NCBI GenBank assembly: GCA_001872945.1
Contig: MNYC01000006.1
Coordinates: 1 to 41,316, forward strand
DNA length: 41,316 nucleotides
Direction: 5' to 3'
Source of the DNA: a bacterium CG2_30_37_16
Lineage (GTDB): Bacteria > Patescibacteriota > CPR2
The notes under the pieces were generated by a model that was not told the DNA's origin, did no database searches, and was given only the letters and a program-made list of their open reading frames with translations. Positions 7,693-15,555 of the stretch are shown here, one piece after another. The stretch's first letter is position 1; the number at the start of each line of letters is the position of its first letter. The position numbers and the translations under genes are program-made.

Positions 7693-9207
7693 TTAAAATA
7701 TCATCAAAACAATCATCAGAATAGCGGCGATGCCCATTAGGCCGGTAGCGGTCCAGCCAAAAAAGTTAGTGAGTTTACCGTTGGTAAACGGGCCCATAAT
7801 TTTTTTGTCGTTAGAAATGCGCATTATAAAAAACAATAAAATCGGTGCCACAATTCCGTTAACCACAGCGGCGCCAACTAGGGCCTTTATGGGATTAACG
7901 CCAAAAAAATTAAGTAGTAATCCGACAATGGTTGAGGCAGCTATTATTCCGTAAAATCCTTTAGCGTTTTTAAATTTTCTATATAAACCCTCATTCCAAT
8001 TCATGGTTTCGGCAATGGCATAAGCGGAGGATCCGGCCAGAACCGGTACGCCCAAAAGCCCCGTTCCAATAATACCGACGGTGAACAGGATATATGAAAA
8101 ATTACCGGCAAGGGGACGCAAAGCCTCTGCCGCTTGTTGCGGTGACTCAATGTTGGTGATGCCATTTGGAAAAAGCACGGTGGCGGTGGTAATAACGATA
8201 AAAAAGAAAATAATGTTAGCAAGACCCATGCCGGCGAAAACATCTTCTCTCATATCGGCGAGTTCAGCAAGTTCCACTTTTTTAGACCTATCTTTGTCCA
8301 AATGTTTCTTGATGTGTTCTTCAATTTCTTCAGAGGTTTGCCAGAAAAAAAGATAGGGAGAGATGGTGGTTCCCATTACGGCTACCATAGACATAATATA
8401 ATCTTTGTTTATAATTACTTTCGGCACAATTGTTTGTTTCAAAATTTCCCACCAATCCGGATGACTGTAAAAGGCGGTAACAACATAGGCAAGGAGTGAC
8501 AAAACCAGAAATTTGAGGATTTTGGCATAATTTTTGTAAGGAATAAAAATTTCTAATAATACGACGGTCAAAGTGAAAGCTATAAGTAGAAAATAAAAAT
8601 TGTGAAAAATACTTCCTTCGGAAATAAGCATTTGGGTTGAGGCAGCCATAGCGCCTAAATCGGCTGCGATATTTATGGTATTGGCGATAAGTAAAAGGGT
8701 GGCTACAAATATAAGTGACTTTTTGCTGAAATGTCGTCTGACTGTTCCAGCCAGTCCCTCGTCTGTTACTAGTCCAATACGGGCGCAAATTTCTTGAACG
8801 GCAGTCATAAGAGGTAATAAATATAGCGCCAGCCAAATTTGTTGATATTGATATTTAGCACCAACGGAAGAATAAGTACCAACGCCGGAGGAATCATCAT
8901 CGGAAGCGCCGGTGATAATACCCGGCCCCAGTTTTTTTAAGAATATTTTAAAGCTAAATTTTGCCGGCCTATTTAAAAATTTAACTCCGTCGGCAATGAG
9001 CTGAGGGGTTTTTTCTATTTCATCTATCACAAATTTACCGTCTTTGGCAATTTCTTTAGCTACGATTCCGGTGTCTTTTAGGATTTCTTGGTCGACTGCC
9101 TTCGGTACCGCTTTAATCCCTTCTATAATTTTCTTCTCTTCATCTTCCATACCTATAAATGTAATGCAAAAAAAACTTTTAGCAAATCCTTTTTTATATT
9201 TTGCCAA
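7693..9207 (-). CDS. NRAMP (SLC11)-family transporter, non-canonical metal-site residues
   Basis: Multi-TM protein whose LGPGIITGASDDDSSGVGTYSSVGAKYQYQQIW aligns by eye with MntH [30 protein letters not shown]. DPGN is replaced by DSSG, and the TM6 MPH box by SPY (GTTISPYLFFWQ). The start is uncertain: TTG 9207 or ATG 9150. Confidence 0.8.
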   Translation of the reverse strand: MAKYKKGFAKSFFCITFIGMEDEEKKIIEGIKAVPKAVDQEILKDTGIVAKEIAKDGKFVIDEIEKTPQLIADGVKFLNRPAKFSFKIFLKKLGPGIITGASDDDSSGVGTYSSVGAKYQYQQIWLALYLLPLMTAVQEICARIGLVTDEGLAGTVRRHFSKKSLIFVATLLLIANTINIAADLGAMAASTQMLISEGSIFHNFYFLLIAFTLTVVLLEIFIPYKNYAKILKFLVLSLLAYVVTAFYSHPDWWEILKQTIVPKVIINKDYIMSMVAVMGTTISPYLFFWQTSEEIEEHIKKHLDKDRSKKVELAELADMREDVFAGMGLANIIFFFIVITTATVLFPNGITNIESPQQAAEALRPLAGNFSYILFTVGIIGTGLLGVPVLAGSSAYAIAETMNWNEGLYRKFKNAKGFYGIIAASTIVGLLLNFFGVNPIKALVGAAVVNGIVAPILLFFIMRISNDKKIMGPFTNGKLTNFFGWTATGLMGIAAILMIVLMIF

Positions 9208-9420
9208 TTTTTACCATAAAAATAGCAAATTCTTTTTCAACTTCTTATCATAAAAAGATTAGATAATTCCCGTTGAATAGAATTATGAGCGATATGCAAA
9301 CACCATGGCACAGAATTATGTTAAAAAATAAGAAGAAAGGAGAATATATTGAACTGGCAGAAAGAATAGAAATTAATTCTATTAAAGCCGACAATTTAAA
9401 GAAGAGTAAAAAGGGGAAAT

Positions 9421-9864
9421 ATGAAATCTTATGAGTATAAAGAGCAGTTGAGGTTAAAGAAACGGAAAACAAAATTACCCGACGTTTCGCTAATCATAGT
9501 TGATTCTCGGAGCGGAAGAATTTTTGATTTTAAAGATGATAATTTAAATTATAAAAAAGAGATAATTAGTAGTTTCCCCGGCAGAGTTAAAAGTGGGGGG
9601 TGGTCCCAGATGAAAATAGAAAGGCATATTAAAGTTCATCTATTTTGGCATTTTAAAAAAATTGAAAAAGAGATGGGGAAAGATAGAAGTGCAAAGAAAT
9701 GGCTGATATTGGGTCCGGATACTGTTATTAGATTATTTTTTAGCAAACTCCCCCAAAATTTGCAGCAAATAACAAAGTTAAAAAATATTAATCCCAAAAA
9801 TCAAAACACAGAAACACTTAGGGTAGCAATGAGTGAAGCGTTATATGAGAAATCGGATTATTAA
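9421..9864 (+). CDS. stand-alone archaeo-eukaryotic release factor (aeRF1/Pelota/Vms1)-like central-domain protein
   Basis: 147 aa. FPGRVKSGGWSQMKIERHIKVHLFWHFKKI parallels the eRF1 catalytic-loop region (HGRGGQSALRFARLR..HNF.RKV) and Vms1-type GG-x-SQ. WLILGPDTVIRLFFSKLP parallels the following iiLaGPg..k..F segment. Confidence 0.5.
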   Translation: MKSYEYKEQLRLKKRKTKLPDVSLIIVDSRSGRIFDFKDDNLNYKKEIISSFPGRVKSGGWSQMKIERHIKVHLFWHFKKIEKEMGKDRSAKKWLILGPDTVIRLFFSKLPQNLQQITKLKNINPKNQNTETLRVAMSEALYEKSDY

Positions 9865-9877
9865 TCAGCAAATCGCT

Positions 9878-10030
9878 AAAACAGAAGTGAATAAAGAATT
9901 AAGTATAAAGCCCCAAGAATTGGAATATGGAATATTAGAATATAGGAGATTTTTAGTTTATTCCTTATTCTTCATTCTCATATTTGATTCATAATTCTTG
10001 ATTCTTGTATTTTAACTTATTCTTTGTTTT
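9878..10030. repeat. AT-rich long imperfect palindrome (gaat/attc-rich)
   Basis: CAAGAATT (9914-9921) pairs with AATTCTTG (9993-10000). Degenerate arms extend outward (AACAGAAGTGAATAAAGAATTAAGTA vs TATTTTAACTTATTCTTTGTT). It fills the spacer between 9864 and 10040. Confidence 0.45.
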
Positions 10031-10039
10031 AATTAGCTT

Positions 10040-10768
10040 ATGTTTGGTTATTTATTTATCTTTTTAAAAGTTGCTTTCACTTTTGTTGGTGGTTTTTTTA
10101 CTCTAAATAACAAGAAAAGATTAAATATCTTGATGGCCCTAGCTGCCGGAATGTTGGTGGGCGTTTCTATTTTGGACCTTATTCCGGAAAGCCTGCATCT
10201 TGGCACCGATATAAATCAAAATTATATAACGCTCTCCATAGTTATTGGGTTTTTGATTTTCTACATCTTAGAGCATTCCATGGTTGTACATTCGTGCGGA
10301 GAAGATGATTGCGATGCCGATGTTCATAATCATTTAGGATCATTTGGAGTGCTTGGGTTATCGATACACGGTTTTTTAGACGGTATGGCTATTGGGCTAG
10401 GTTTTGAAATAAATCAGACAGTTGGTTTTTTGATGGCTATTCCTATTATTGCTCATAGTTTAGTTGACGGTTTAAATACTGTTGTAATTCTTTTAAAAGA
10501 TAAGAGGACGAGAGCGGAATGCATTAATTGGCTTGCCGTTCAATCTATTGCTCCAATCTTTGGTTTTTTTGCTTCCGCTTACATTACGCTCACCAAAACC
10601 AGTCTGGCGTTGGTTCTGGCTTTCTTTGCCGGACTGTTTTTGTATATCGGCGGCAGCGATCTTTTGCCGGAGGCTCATAAAGAAAAAAGCACTCGAGGCG
10701 CTATGTTTGCAACAATAATTGGTTTTATAATTATCTTTATTCTAGTCGAGTTATTGCCTTCTCATTAA
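10040..10768 (+). CDS. ZIP-family divalent metal (zinc) transporter
   Basis: 242 aa, multi-TM, with a His/Asp-rich loop (HSCGEDDCDADVHNH) and ZIP signature helices (HGFLDGMAIG; AHSLVDGL). Confidence 0.85.
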   Translation: MFGYLFIFLKVAFTFVGGFFTLNNKKRLNILMALAAGMLVGVSILDLIPESLHLGTDINQNYITLSIVIGFLIFYILEHSMVVHSCGEDDCDADVHNHLGSFGVLGLSIHGFLDGMAIGLGFEINQTVGFLMAIPIIAHSLVDGLNTVVILLKDKRTRAECINWLAVQSIAPIFGFFASAYITLTKTSLALVLAFFAGLFLYIGGSDLLPEAHKEKSTRGAMFATIIGFIIIFILVELLPSH

Positions 10769-11147
10769 GAATTTTCGTTACCCTGTTTGCTACCTCTAGG
10801 GGCGTGAAGTCAGCTTTTATAATGTAGTCGGTAGCGTGAAGTGTTTTAATTTTTTGGGCGACGGTTTCTGAACCCAAATTTGTAAGCATGACTACCAGCA
10901 TGTCCTTTGTCTCGGGATTATTTCGGAGTATTTCTAAAACTTCAAGCCCGTCAATTTTCGGCATCATAATATCAAGTAAAAGCAAATCCGGTTTAAATTC
11001 TCTAACTGCTTTAAGGGCCTTTTCGCCATCCTCGGCAATTTCAGTAATAAATCCTTCTATATCAAACTTTCGCTTGTACATATCTACAAGCTGAATATCG
11101 TCTTCAGCAATCAAGACTCGGTATTTTCTTTCTTCTTCATTCTCCAT
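10737..11147 (-). CDS. single-domain response regulator (CheY-like receiver)
   Basis: Canonical EDD, LLLLDIMMP (phospho-Asp), MLTN (Thr) and IIKA (Lys). There is no output domain. Its 3' end overlaps the convergent ZIP gene by 32 nt. Confidence 0.85.
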   Translation of the reverse strand: MENEEERKYRVLIAEDDIQLVDMYKRKFDIEGFITEIAEDGEKALKAVREFKPDLLLLDIMMPKIDGLEVLEILRNNPETKDMLVVMLTNLGSETVAQKIKTLHATDYIIKADFTPLEVANRVTKILNEKAITRLE

Positions 11148-11161
11148 ATTGAAAAAATCCC

Positions 11162-11563
11162 CTATAGGTTAAGCTTATTACCATTATTTTTTGTGTCAAG
11201 TTCGTTTAATATTTCGGTTACTTTTTCGACAATCTCTTTCGGGGTAAGGTCGGACTTTCTAATATAACCCTCGACTGTGTTATGTACTTTTCCCTTAACG
11301 CTATCTAAATCTAAGTTGGTCATAATAATGACGACGGCATCTTTTGTTTCGGGCGTATTTCTAATAATGTCTAAAACGTCTTGGCCGCCAATTCCGGGCA
11401 TCATAATATCGAGTAAAATTAAGTCCGGCGTTAAAGACATCAGTTTTTCCAAAGCCATTTGACCGTTATTGGCCACTTCAACCTCAAAACCTTCCAACGT
11501 AAACTTTTGCCGGTACATTTCGGCAAGACCAAAATCGTCTTCAACTATAAGAATTTTTTTCAA
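11162..11563 (-). CDS. single-domain response regulator (CheY-like receiver), paralog of 10737..11147
   Basis: Canonical EDD, LILLDIMMP, IMTN and YIRK. The start is TTG, with AAGGAA upstream. Confidence 0.85.
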   Translation of the reverse strand: MKKILIVEDDFGLAEMYRQKFTLEGFEVEVANNGQMALEKLMSLTPDLILLDIMMPGIGGQDVLDIIRNTPETKDAVVIIMTNLDLDSVKGKVHNTVEGYIRKSDLTPKEIVEKVTEILNELDTKNNGNKLNL

Positions 11564-11639
11564 AATTTTAAGTTCCTTGGTTAATTAATATTCCTGAAGA
11601 TATTCTATCAGTAAAATGGGTTTTTGTAAAAAGGGGCGT

Positions 11640-13394
11640 TTAAGCCGACCGCTCTTGAATTTCTTCCAAAATCTCTTTCGCAAATTCCTCAACTGATTTA
11701 GATCCTAAATCGCCCTTGCCATAACGTCTGACGGCTACCTTATTTTCCTCAACTTCTTTGTCTCCCACGATAAGCATATAGGGGATTTTCTGCATTTCGG
11801 CCTCGCGGATTTTTTTGCCGATGGATTCCGTCCGATCGTCAACTTCGGTTCTAATATCACCCAAGGTAGCTTTTATTTTTTCGGCATATTCATTATGGCG
11901 GTCGGCAATGGGTAGAATTTTAACTTGAATAGGGGAAAGCCAAGTTGGTAGGGCACCGGCAAAGTGTTCAATTAGAAGCACCAGGAAGCGTTCGTAAGAA
12001 CCAAGAATTGCCCTGTGGACCATTACCGGTATAGCGTCTTTTCCGTGCTTGTCGGTGTAGGTTAGGTTGAAACGTTTAGGAGTTGCAAAGTCAATTTGAA
12101 CAGTTGGAATTTGTATTTCATTTCCTAAAGCGTCCTTAAACATAAAGTCTAGTTTTGGACCGTAAAGAGCGGCCTCTCCTTCGCATCTTTTGGCTTCAAG
12201 TCTCATTTTATCCGAAACTTCCTGTAATATTTTTTCGCATTCATACCAGTCTGCCGGTTCGCCAATATATTTTTCGGGACTTGAGTAGTCTCTAACGGAA
12301 AGAGTAACTTTAAGCGTTTTTAGAAGTCCTAAGGAATCGTAAAAATCCTGAATAAGCTTTACCAAAGTTATAATTTCTGTTTTAACTTGCGCTTTGGTGC
12401 AAAAAGTATGGCCGTCCTCCACCGTAATGGCGATAACTCTTTTAAGGCCAGATATTTCGCCGGGTTTCTCGTCTCTGTATTGCTTGTTTGACTCCATATA
12501 TCTAATTGGCAAATCGCGGTAAGACCTTGGTCTGGAGGCGTAAATTTGGATTTGATGAGGACATTGAACGGGTTTTAAAACATAGTCTTGTTTAAAGTGG
12601 GATTTGACATGAAAAAGTTCGTCGCCAAACTTTTGCTTGTGTCCGGAGATTTCATATAATTCCAGTTTTGCAAGGTGGGGAGTGGAGACCTTTTGAAAGC
12701 CGTGTTTTCTGCATAAATTTTCGATGTGTTTTTGCAGTTCATCTAAAATGACGGTGCCTTTGGGGGTAAACAAGGGAAGCCCCGGACCAATAAGGTCAGA
12801 AAAGACAAATAAATCTAATTCTTTGCCAAGTTTCCTATGGTCTCGTTTTTTGGCCTCTTCCTGCATCTTTATATAATCATCCAGTTCTGACTGAGTAGAG
12901 AATGCTAGTCCGTAAACTCTCTGCATCATAATGTTTTCTTCGCTGCCTTTCCAATAAGCGCCGGCAATAGAAGTAAGTTTAAATGGAGGCAAATCTTTGG
13001 TTGATGCCACGTGAGGGCCGGCGCATAGATCCTCAAAATCGCCGGTTTTATAGAAAGAAACGTTTGTTTCACCTTTGTTTTTTAGGTCGTTTATTAATTC
13101 TTGTTTGTAAGGCTCATTTTCCAGTTTTTTAAAAGCCTCGTCAGCCGGCATTTCATATCGCTCGAACTTTGCATTGCCGGCAATTAATTTTTTCATATTC
13201 GACGTGATGGTTTTTAAGTCCTCAGGGATAAGAGAACGGGGAAGCTCAAAATCGTAATAAAAACCATTATCTATCGCCGGACCAATTCCAAGTTTGGCAT
13301 CCGGAAACATTTTCTGAACGGCCACAGCAAGGACATGAGACAAGGAATGGCGCTTAATTTCAATTTCTTGTGATTCTTTAATTTGTTTAGACAT
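11640..13394 (-). CDS. thrS: threonine--tRNA ligase (lacks the N-terminal TGS domain)
   Basis: 584 aa. It begins in the editing/second-additional domain (HSLSHVLAVAV...GFYYDF), followed by the class II core and anticodon-binding domain. AAGGAGG SD lies upstream of ATG 13394. Confidence 0.95.
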   Translation of the reverse strand: MSKQIKESQEIEIKRHSLSHVLAVAVQKMFPDAKLGIGPAIDNGFYYDFELPRSLIPEDLKTITSNMKKLIAGNAKFERYEMPADEAFKKLENEPYKQELINDLKNKGETNVSFYKTGDFEDLCAGPHVASTKDLPPFKLTSIAGAYWKGSEENIMMQRVYGLAFSTQSELDDYIKMQEEAKKRDHRKLGKELDLFVFSDLIGPGLPLFTPKGTVILDELQKHIENLCRKHGFQKVSTPHLAKLELYEISGHKQKFGDELFHVKSHFKQDYVLKPVQCPHQIQIYASRPRSYRDLPIRYMESNKQYRDEKPGEISGLKRVIAITVEDGHTFCTKAQVKTEIITLVKLIQDFYDSLGLLKTLKVTLSVRDYSSPEKYIGEPADWYECEKILQEVSDKMRLEAKRCEGEAALYGPKLDFMFKDALGNEIQIPTVQIDFATPKRFNLTYTDKHGKDAIPVMVHRAILGSYERFLVLLIEHFAGALPTWLSPIQVKILPIADRHNEYAEKIKATLGDIRTEVDDRTESIGKKIREAEMQKIPYMLIVGDKEVEENKVAVRRYGKGDLGSKSVEEFAKEILEEIQERSA

Positions 13395-13415
13395 AAAACC
13401 TCCTTTGGAAATATG

Positions 13416-13599
13416 AAATTCTAAATACTAAGCACCAAATTCTAAACAAATAATAAATTCAAATTTCTAATGTTTTAAACTTTTAGAATATTTAGATTTT
13501 TGACCCCTCGGGTCATCAACCGAAGGCTGAGATATTGTTTAGTATTTTCCGCCAGAGGCGGATCAGCCTTTGGCTGAAGATATTAGGATTTAGAATTTT
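13416..13599. repeat. MITE-like composite element inside the thrS 5' UTR (AT-rich inverted arms plus four GC-rich mini-hairpins)
   Basis: The arms are AAATTCTAAATACTAA (13416-13431) and TTAGGATTTAGAATTT (13583-13598), 1 mismatch. Inside are TGACCC-ctc-GGGTCA, CAACC-gaa-GGCTG, CCGCC-aga-GGCGG and TCAGCC-ttt-GGCTGA. The last two form a unit that recurs at 35047-35081. Confidence 0.6.
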
Positions 13600-13610
13600 A
13601 AAGTACTTAC

Positions 13611-13680
13611 AAAAATACCCAATGCTCTAATGCTAGCATTGGGACTCCGGCCGTAGCGTCGGAGCGGTTCCACCCAATTT
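13611..13680 (-). promoter_or_regulatory. T-box riboswitch 3' domain (T-box sequence, antiterminator/terminator) upstream of thrS
   Basis: The minus strand reads AAAUUGGGUGGAACCGCU (13680-13663), against the consensus AANNNGGGUGGNACCGCG. Helix A1 is AUUGGG/CCCAAU, the 7-nt bulge is UGGAACC, and helix A2 is CUCCG/CGGAG. The competing terminator is CCCAAUGC-loop-GCAUUGGG followed by UAUUUUU (13643-13611). Stem I/specifier is not resolved. Confidence 0.6.
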
Positions 13681-13692
13681 CAGACTTATTTT

Positions 13693-13765
13693 GTCATTGC
13701 GAGCAAAGCGTGGCAATCCTATTGTTCTGGGGAGATTGCTTCGTCGTTTCACTTCTTGCAATGAC
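13693..13765. repeat. GC-rich nested hairpin (GTCATTGCGAG ... CTTGCAATGAC variant)
   Basis: The outer stem is GTCATTGC(G)AG / CT(T)GCAATGAC and the inner stem is GCAATC / GATTGC. It generates the spurious ORF MSLRAKRGNP. It lies within the thrS leader, upstream of the T-box sequence. Confidence 0.65.
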
Positions 13766-13891
13766 TCAAATCCACTCTCTTTTGGACCTTTACGCCGGTA
13801 CCTTAGCGAAGAACCGAAAGTTGGTGAGTCTTTCGTAAACTCTTATTATACTAAAGGTATTTTATCAAAAGATTGTATTAAAATAAATAGG

Positions 13892-14086
13892 TTAATCTAA
13901 CATTTTTTTGATATGCCCGTTTATCAGCCAGAATCTTATGCCAATATAAATTATTAATACCGGCAGAATGAAAAACAGAAAAATAAAAAGACCCAAATAT
14001 ACCAGTAGCAAAACTGCAAAAAACATTATGGATGCAAGAATAAGATCGAATATGTTATAAGGTCTTGTTCTATATGATTTAGACAT
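13892..14086 (-). CDS. hypothetical small membrane protein (64 aa)
   Basis: ATG 14086 is preceded by AAGGAGGG. There is one long hydrophobic region (IFDLILASIMFFAVLLLVYLGLFIFLFFILPVLIIYIGI). The longer track ORF (to 14176) starts at TTG without an SD. Confidence 0.5.
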   Translation of the reverse strand: MSKSYRTRPYNIFDLILASIMFFAVLLLVYLGLFIFLFFILPVLIIYIGIRFWLINGHIKKMLD

Positions 14087-14215
14087 AATTTCCCTCCTTA
14101 AATTTGTAATAAAATAAAGCATGATACATATTTTATAATAGACTATCATAAAAAGACAAGATAATATAAAATGCAAATATTCTGTAATTTAACAATTTAA
14201 AAGGAGTGATTTATA

Positions 14216-14395
14216 GTGGATTGGAAACCAGTTCCAAATGGATTAAAAGATTTTTTCAGAAAAGTCAAAATGGCTCGTCAAAATGAGGAAAACGGATTTT
14301 GCAATGATCTTCCAAACAAAAAAAATTGTCAGTTTATAGCCTTAGGCGGCATTTGTTGTTCTGAGGAAGAATGCGGTTACAGGGTTTTTATATAA
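14216..14395 (+). CDS. hypothetical Cys-rich small protein (59 aa)
   Basis: GTG 14216 has AAGGAG 9 nt upstream. Five Cys are clustered in the C-half (FCNDL..NCQFIALGGICCSEEECGY). It is below the 60-aa ORF-track cutoff. Confidence 0.4.
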   Translation: MDWKPVPNGLKDFFRKVKMARQNEENGFCNDLPNKKNCQFIALGGICCSEEECGYRVFI

Positions 14396-14441
14396 ATGGT
14401 ATGAAATAACATCAGGTGGATCGGATTTTTAGGAGGTTAAA

Positions 14442-14690
14442 ATGTGTGAAATAAATGACGAGAATTTGGTAGTGAAACATGCTTCCTGCTCAAAGTTCAT
14501 GGAAAAGGATAGGAAAATCAAAAAACTTGCAGATAAACTTCTAAAAATTGACTATTCAAATCTGGCAGGTTGGAAAACTCAGGACGAGGTACAGGGCGTA
14601 GTTAGAGAATTGCTAGAAATGGATGATGAAAAAGAAAAGAAGCAAGTTGATCTCACACCGAGGCCGCTAAGAATCAAGTTTGGCATATAG
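14442..14690 (+). CDS. hypothetical protein (82 aa)
   Basis: TAGGAGG SD lies 6 nt upstream of the ATG. Acidic/helical; no family recognised. Confidence 0.5.
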   Translation: MCEINDENLVVKHASCSKFMEKDRKIKKLADKLLKIDYSNLAGWKTQDEVQGVVRELLEMDDEKEKKQVDLTPRPLRIKFGI

Positions 14691-14736
14691 GCTATGATAT
14701 AAATTTACCAAAGCGAAAGAGAAGGGGAGTGAGTAA

Positions 14737-14946
14737 ATGGCTAAGGATCTAAATACGGCAGGTAATGGTTGCACTGCGTGTTCATTTTATGACAATGAGG
14801 AAGTGGAACTTTTTTTTGGGCTATTTCACGTAATTAGCCATTACTGTACATATAAAAGGCGTAGGTTGATTAAGACAGATGATTTACCTCTAAATTTTAA
14901 AGACCCTGACTGCAAATTTCCCGATTTAGATGAAGAAAAGGAATGA
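14737..14946 (+). CDS. hypothetical Cys-containing small protein (69 aa)
   Basis: GAAGGGGAG SD upstream. Motifs CTAC ... C ... C. It ends at a TGA that is in frame with the following MaoC ORF. Confidence 0.45.
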   Translation: MAKDLNTAGNGCTACSFYDNEEVELFFGLFHVISHYCTYKRRRLIKTDDLPLNFKDPDCKFPDLDEEKE

Positions 14947-14952
14947 TGCCAT

Positions 14953-15396
14953 GTGGCCATTTGGTTTGAGGATTTAAAGATTGGCAATAAGTACAAAACT
15001 AAAAGCTCTATCTTTTTTCAATACGAGGTTAAGATTTTCTCGGAGGTAGCTTATGACAGAAACCCCCTCCATCTTGACTCCGAGTATGCCAGAAAACGTT
15101 TTCCTTTTAGGAAAATGATCGTTCATGGAGAGCTGATTGCTTCAAGAATGACTGCATTAGGGGCGCTACTTATAGGTTATGATCCAATTATGCTTCATAA
15201 AAAAACGGAAACTGACTTTTTGGCTCCCCTGTGTGTTGGTGATGCTTTTTTCTGCGAATATGAGGTAATTGACAAAAAGATAAGCGATCATAAAAGATAT
15301 GGCGAAGTTATCTTTAACGTTAAACTCATAAAGAAGGAATTAGATATTCTTGTTGCCGAAGGAACCAGAGAATTAGTAATATTTAAAAAACCATAA
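14953..15396 (+). CDS. MaoC-like (R)-hydratase / hot-dog fold protein
   Basis: FEDLKIGNKY ... DRNPLHLDSEYA ... IVHGELIASR is a typical MaoC dehydratase signature. GTG start, with AAAGGAA upstream. Confidence 0.8.
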   Translation: MAIWFEDLKIGNKYKTKSSIFFQYEVKIFSEVAYDRNPLHLDSEYARKRFPFRKMIVHGELIASRMTALGALLIGYDPIMLHKKTETDFLAPLCVGDAFFCEYEVIDKKISDHKRYGEVIFNVKLIKKELDILVAEGTRELVIFKKP

Positions 15397-15401
15397 ACCA
15401 A

Positions 15402-15434
15402 AGCCGGTTAGCTTTAATGCTAGCCGGCTTTTTA
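15402..15434 (+). terminator. rho-independent terminator
   Basis: AGCCGGTTAGC / GCTAGCCGGCT (11 bp, one G-U pair), loop TTTAAT, then TTTTT. Confidence 0.7.
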
Positions 15435-15555
15435 AATTGGATTCGTTAACTTAATGGCTTGCCGTTTGAAGCCTTTAATAAAATCTCGTTACTTAACTGA
15501 CCAGCTCTTCTTCACCTAAAGTTTCGAAGGGCATTTTACGCTTCGTGGCGTAAAA

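Noticed and set aside
9248-9472. 74-aa minus-strand ORF between the NRAMP and aeRF1-like genes
   Set aside because: It is a low-complexity hydrophobic translation of AT-rich promoter DNA. It overlaps the start of 9421..9864 and shows no SD.
9208-10039. Metal-responsive operators or riboswitches (Zur/Fur/MntR boxes, yybP-ykoY, NiCo) upstream of the NRAMP-like and ZIP genes
   Set aside because: I could not recognise any consensus-like box or riboswitch core by eye. The ZIP upstream spacer is filled by the AT-rich palindrome instead.
10737-10768. 32-nt 3'-end overlap of the convergent ZIP and response-regulator genes as a regulatory antisense feature
   Set aside because: Convergent overlaps of this size are common in compact genomes, and no specific structure is visible.
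13693-13765. Using the repeat-family hairpin as T-box Stem I (GAA-ACG-A as specifier)
   Set aside because: The ACG lies on the 5' side of the hairpin, whereas specifier codons sit on the 3' side of the Stem I internal loop. K-turn, AG-bulge and distal-loop motifs could not be placed. Stem I is left unresolved.
13691-13900. 69-aa ORF MSLRAKRGNPIVLG...
   Set aside because: It is encoded by the GTCATTGCGAG hairpin repeat and lies antisense to the thrS leader. It has a TTG start and no SD. Such peptide-like ORFs are a typical artefact of this repeat type.
14944-14946. Selenocysteine or programmed read-through at the in-frame TGA between the 69-aa ORF and maoC
   Set aside because: I see no convincing SECIS-like hairpin in the 40 nt downstream. 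No sel genes are in the window, and the MaoC domain begins at its normal N-terminus right after the stop. Kept only as a note inside a finding.
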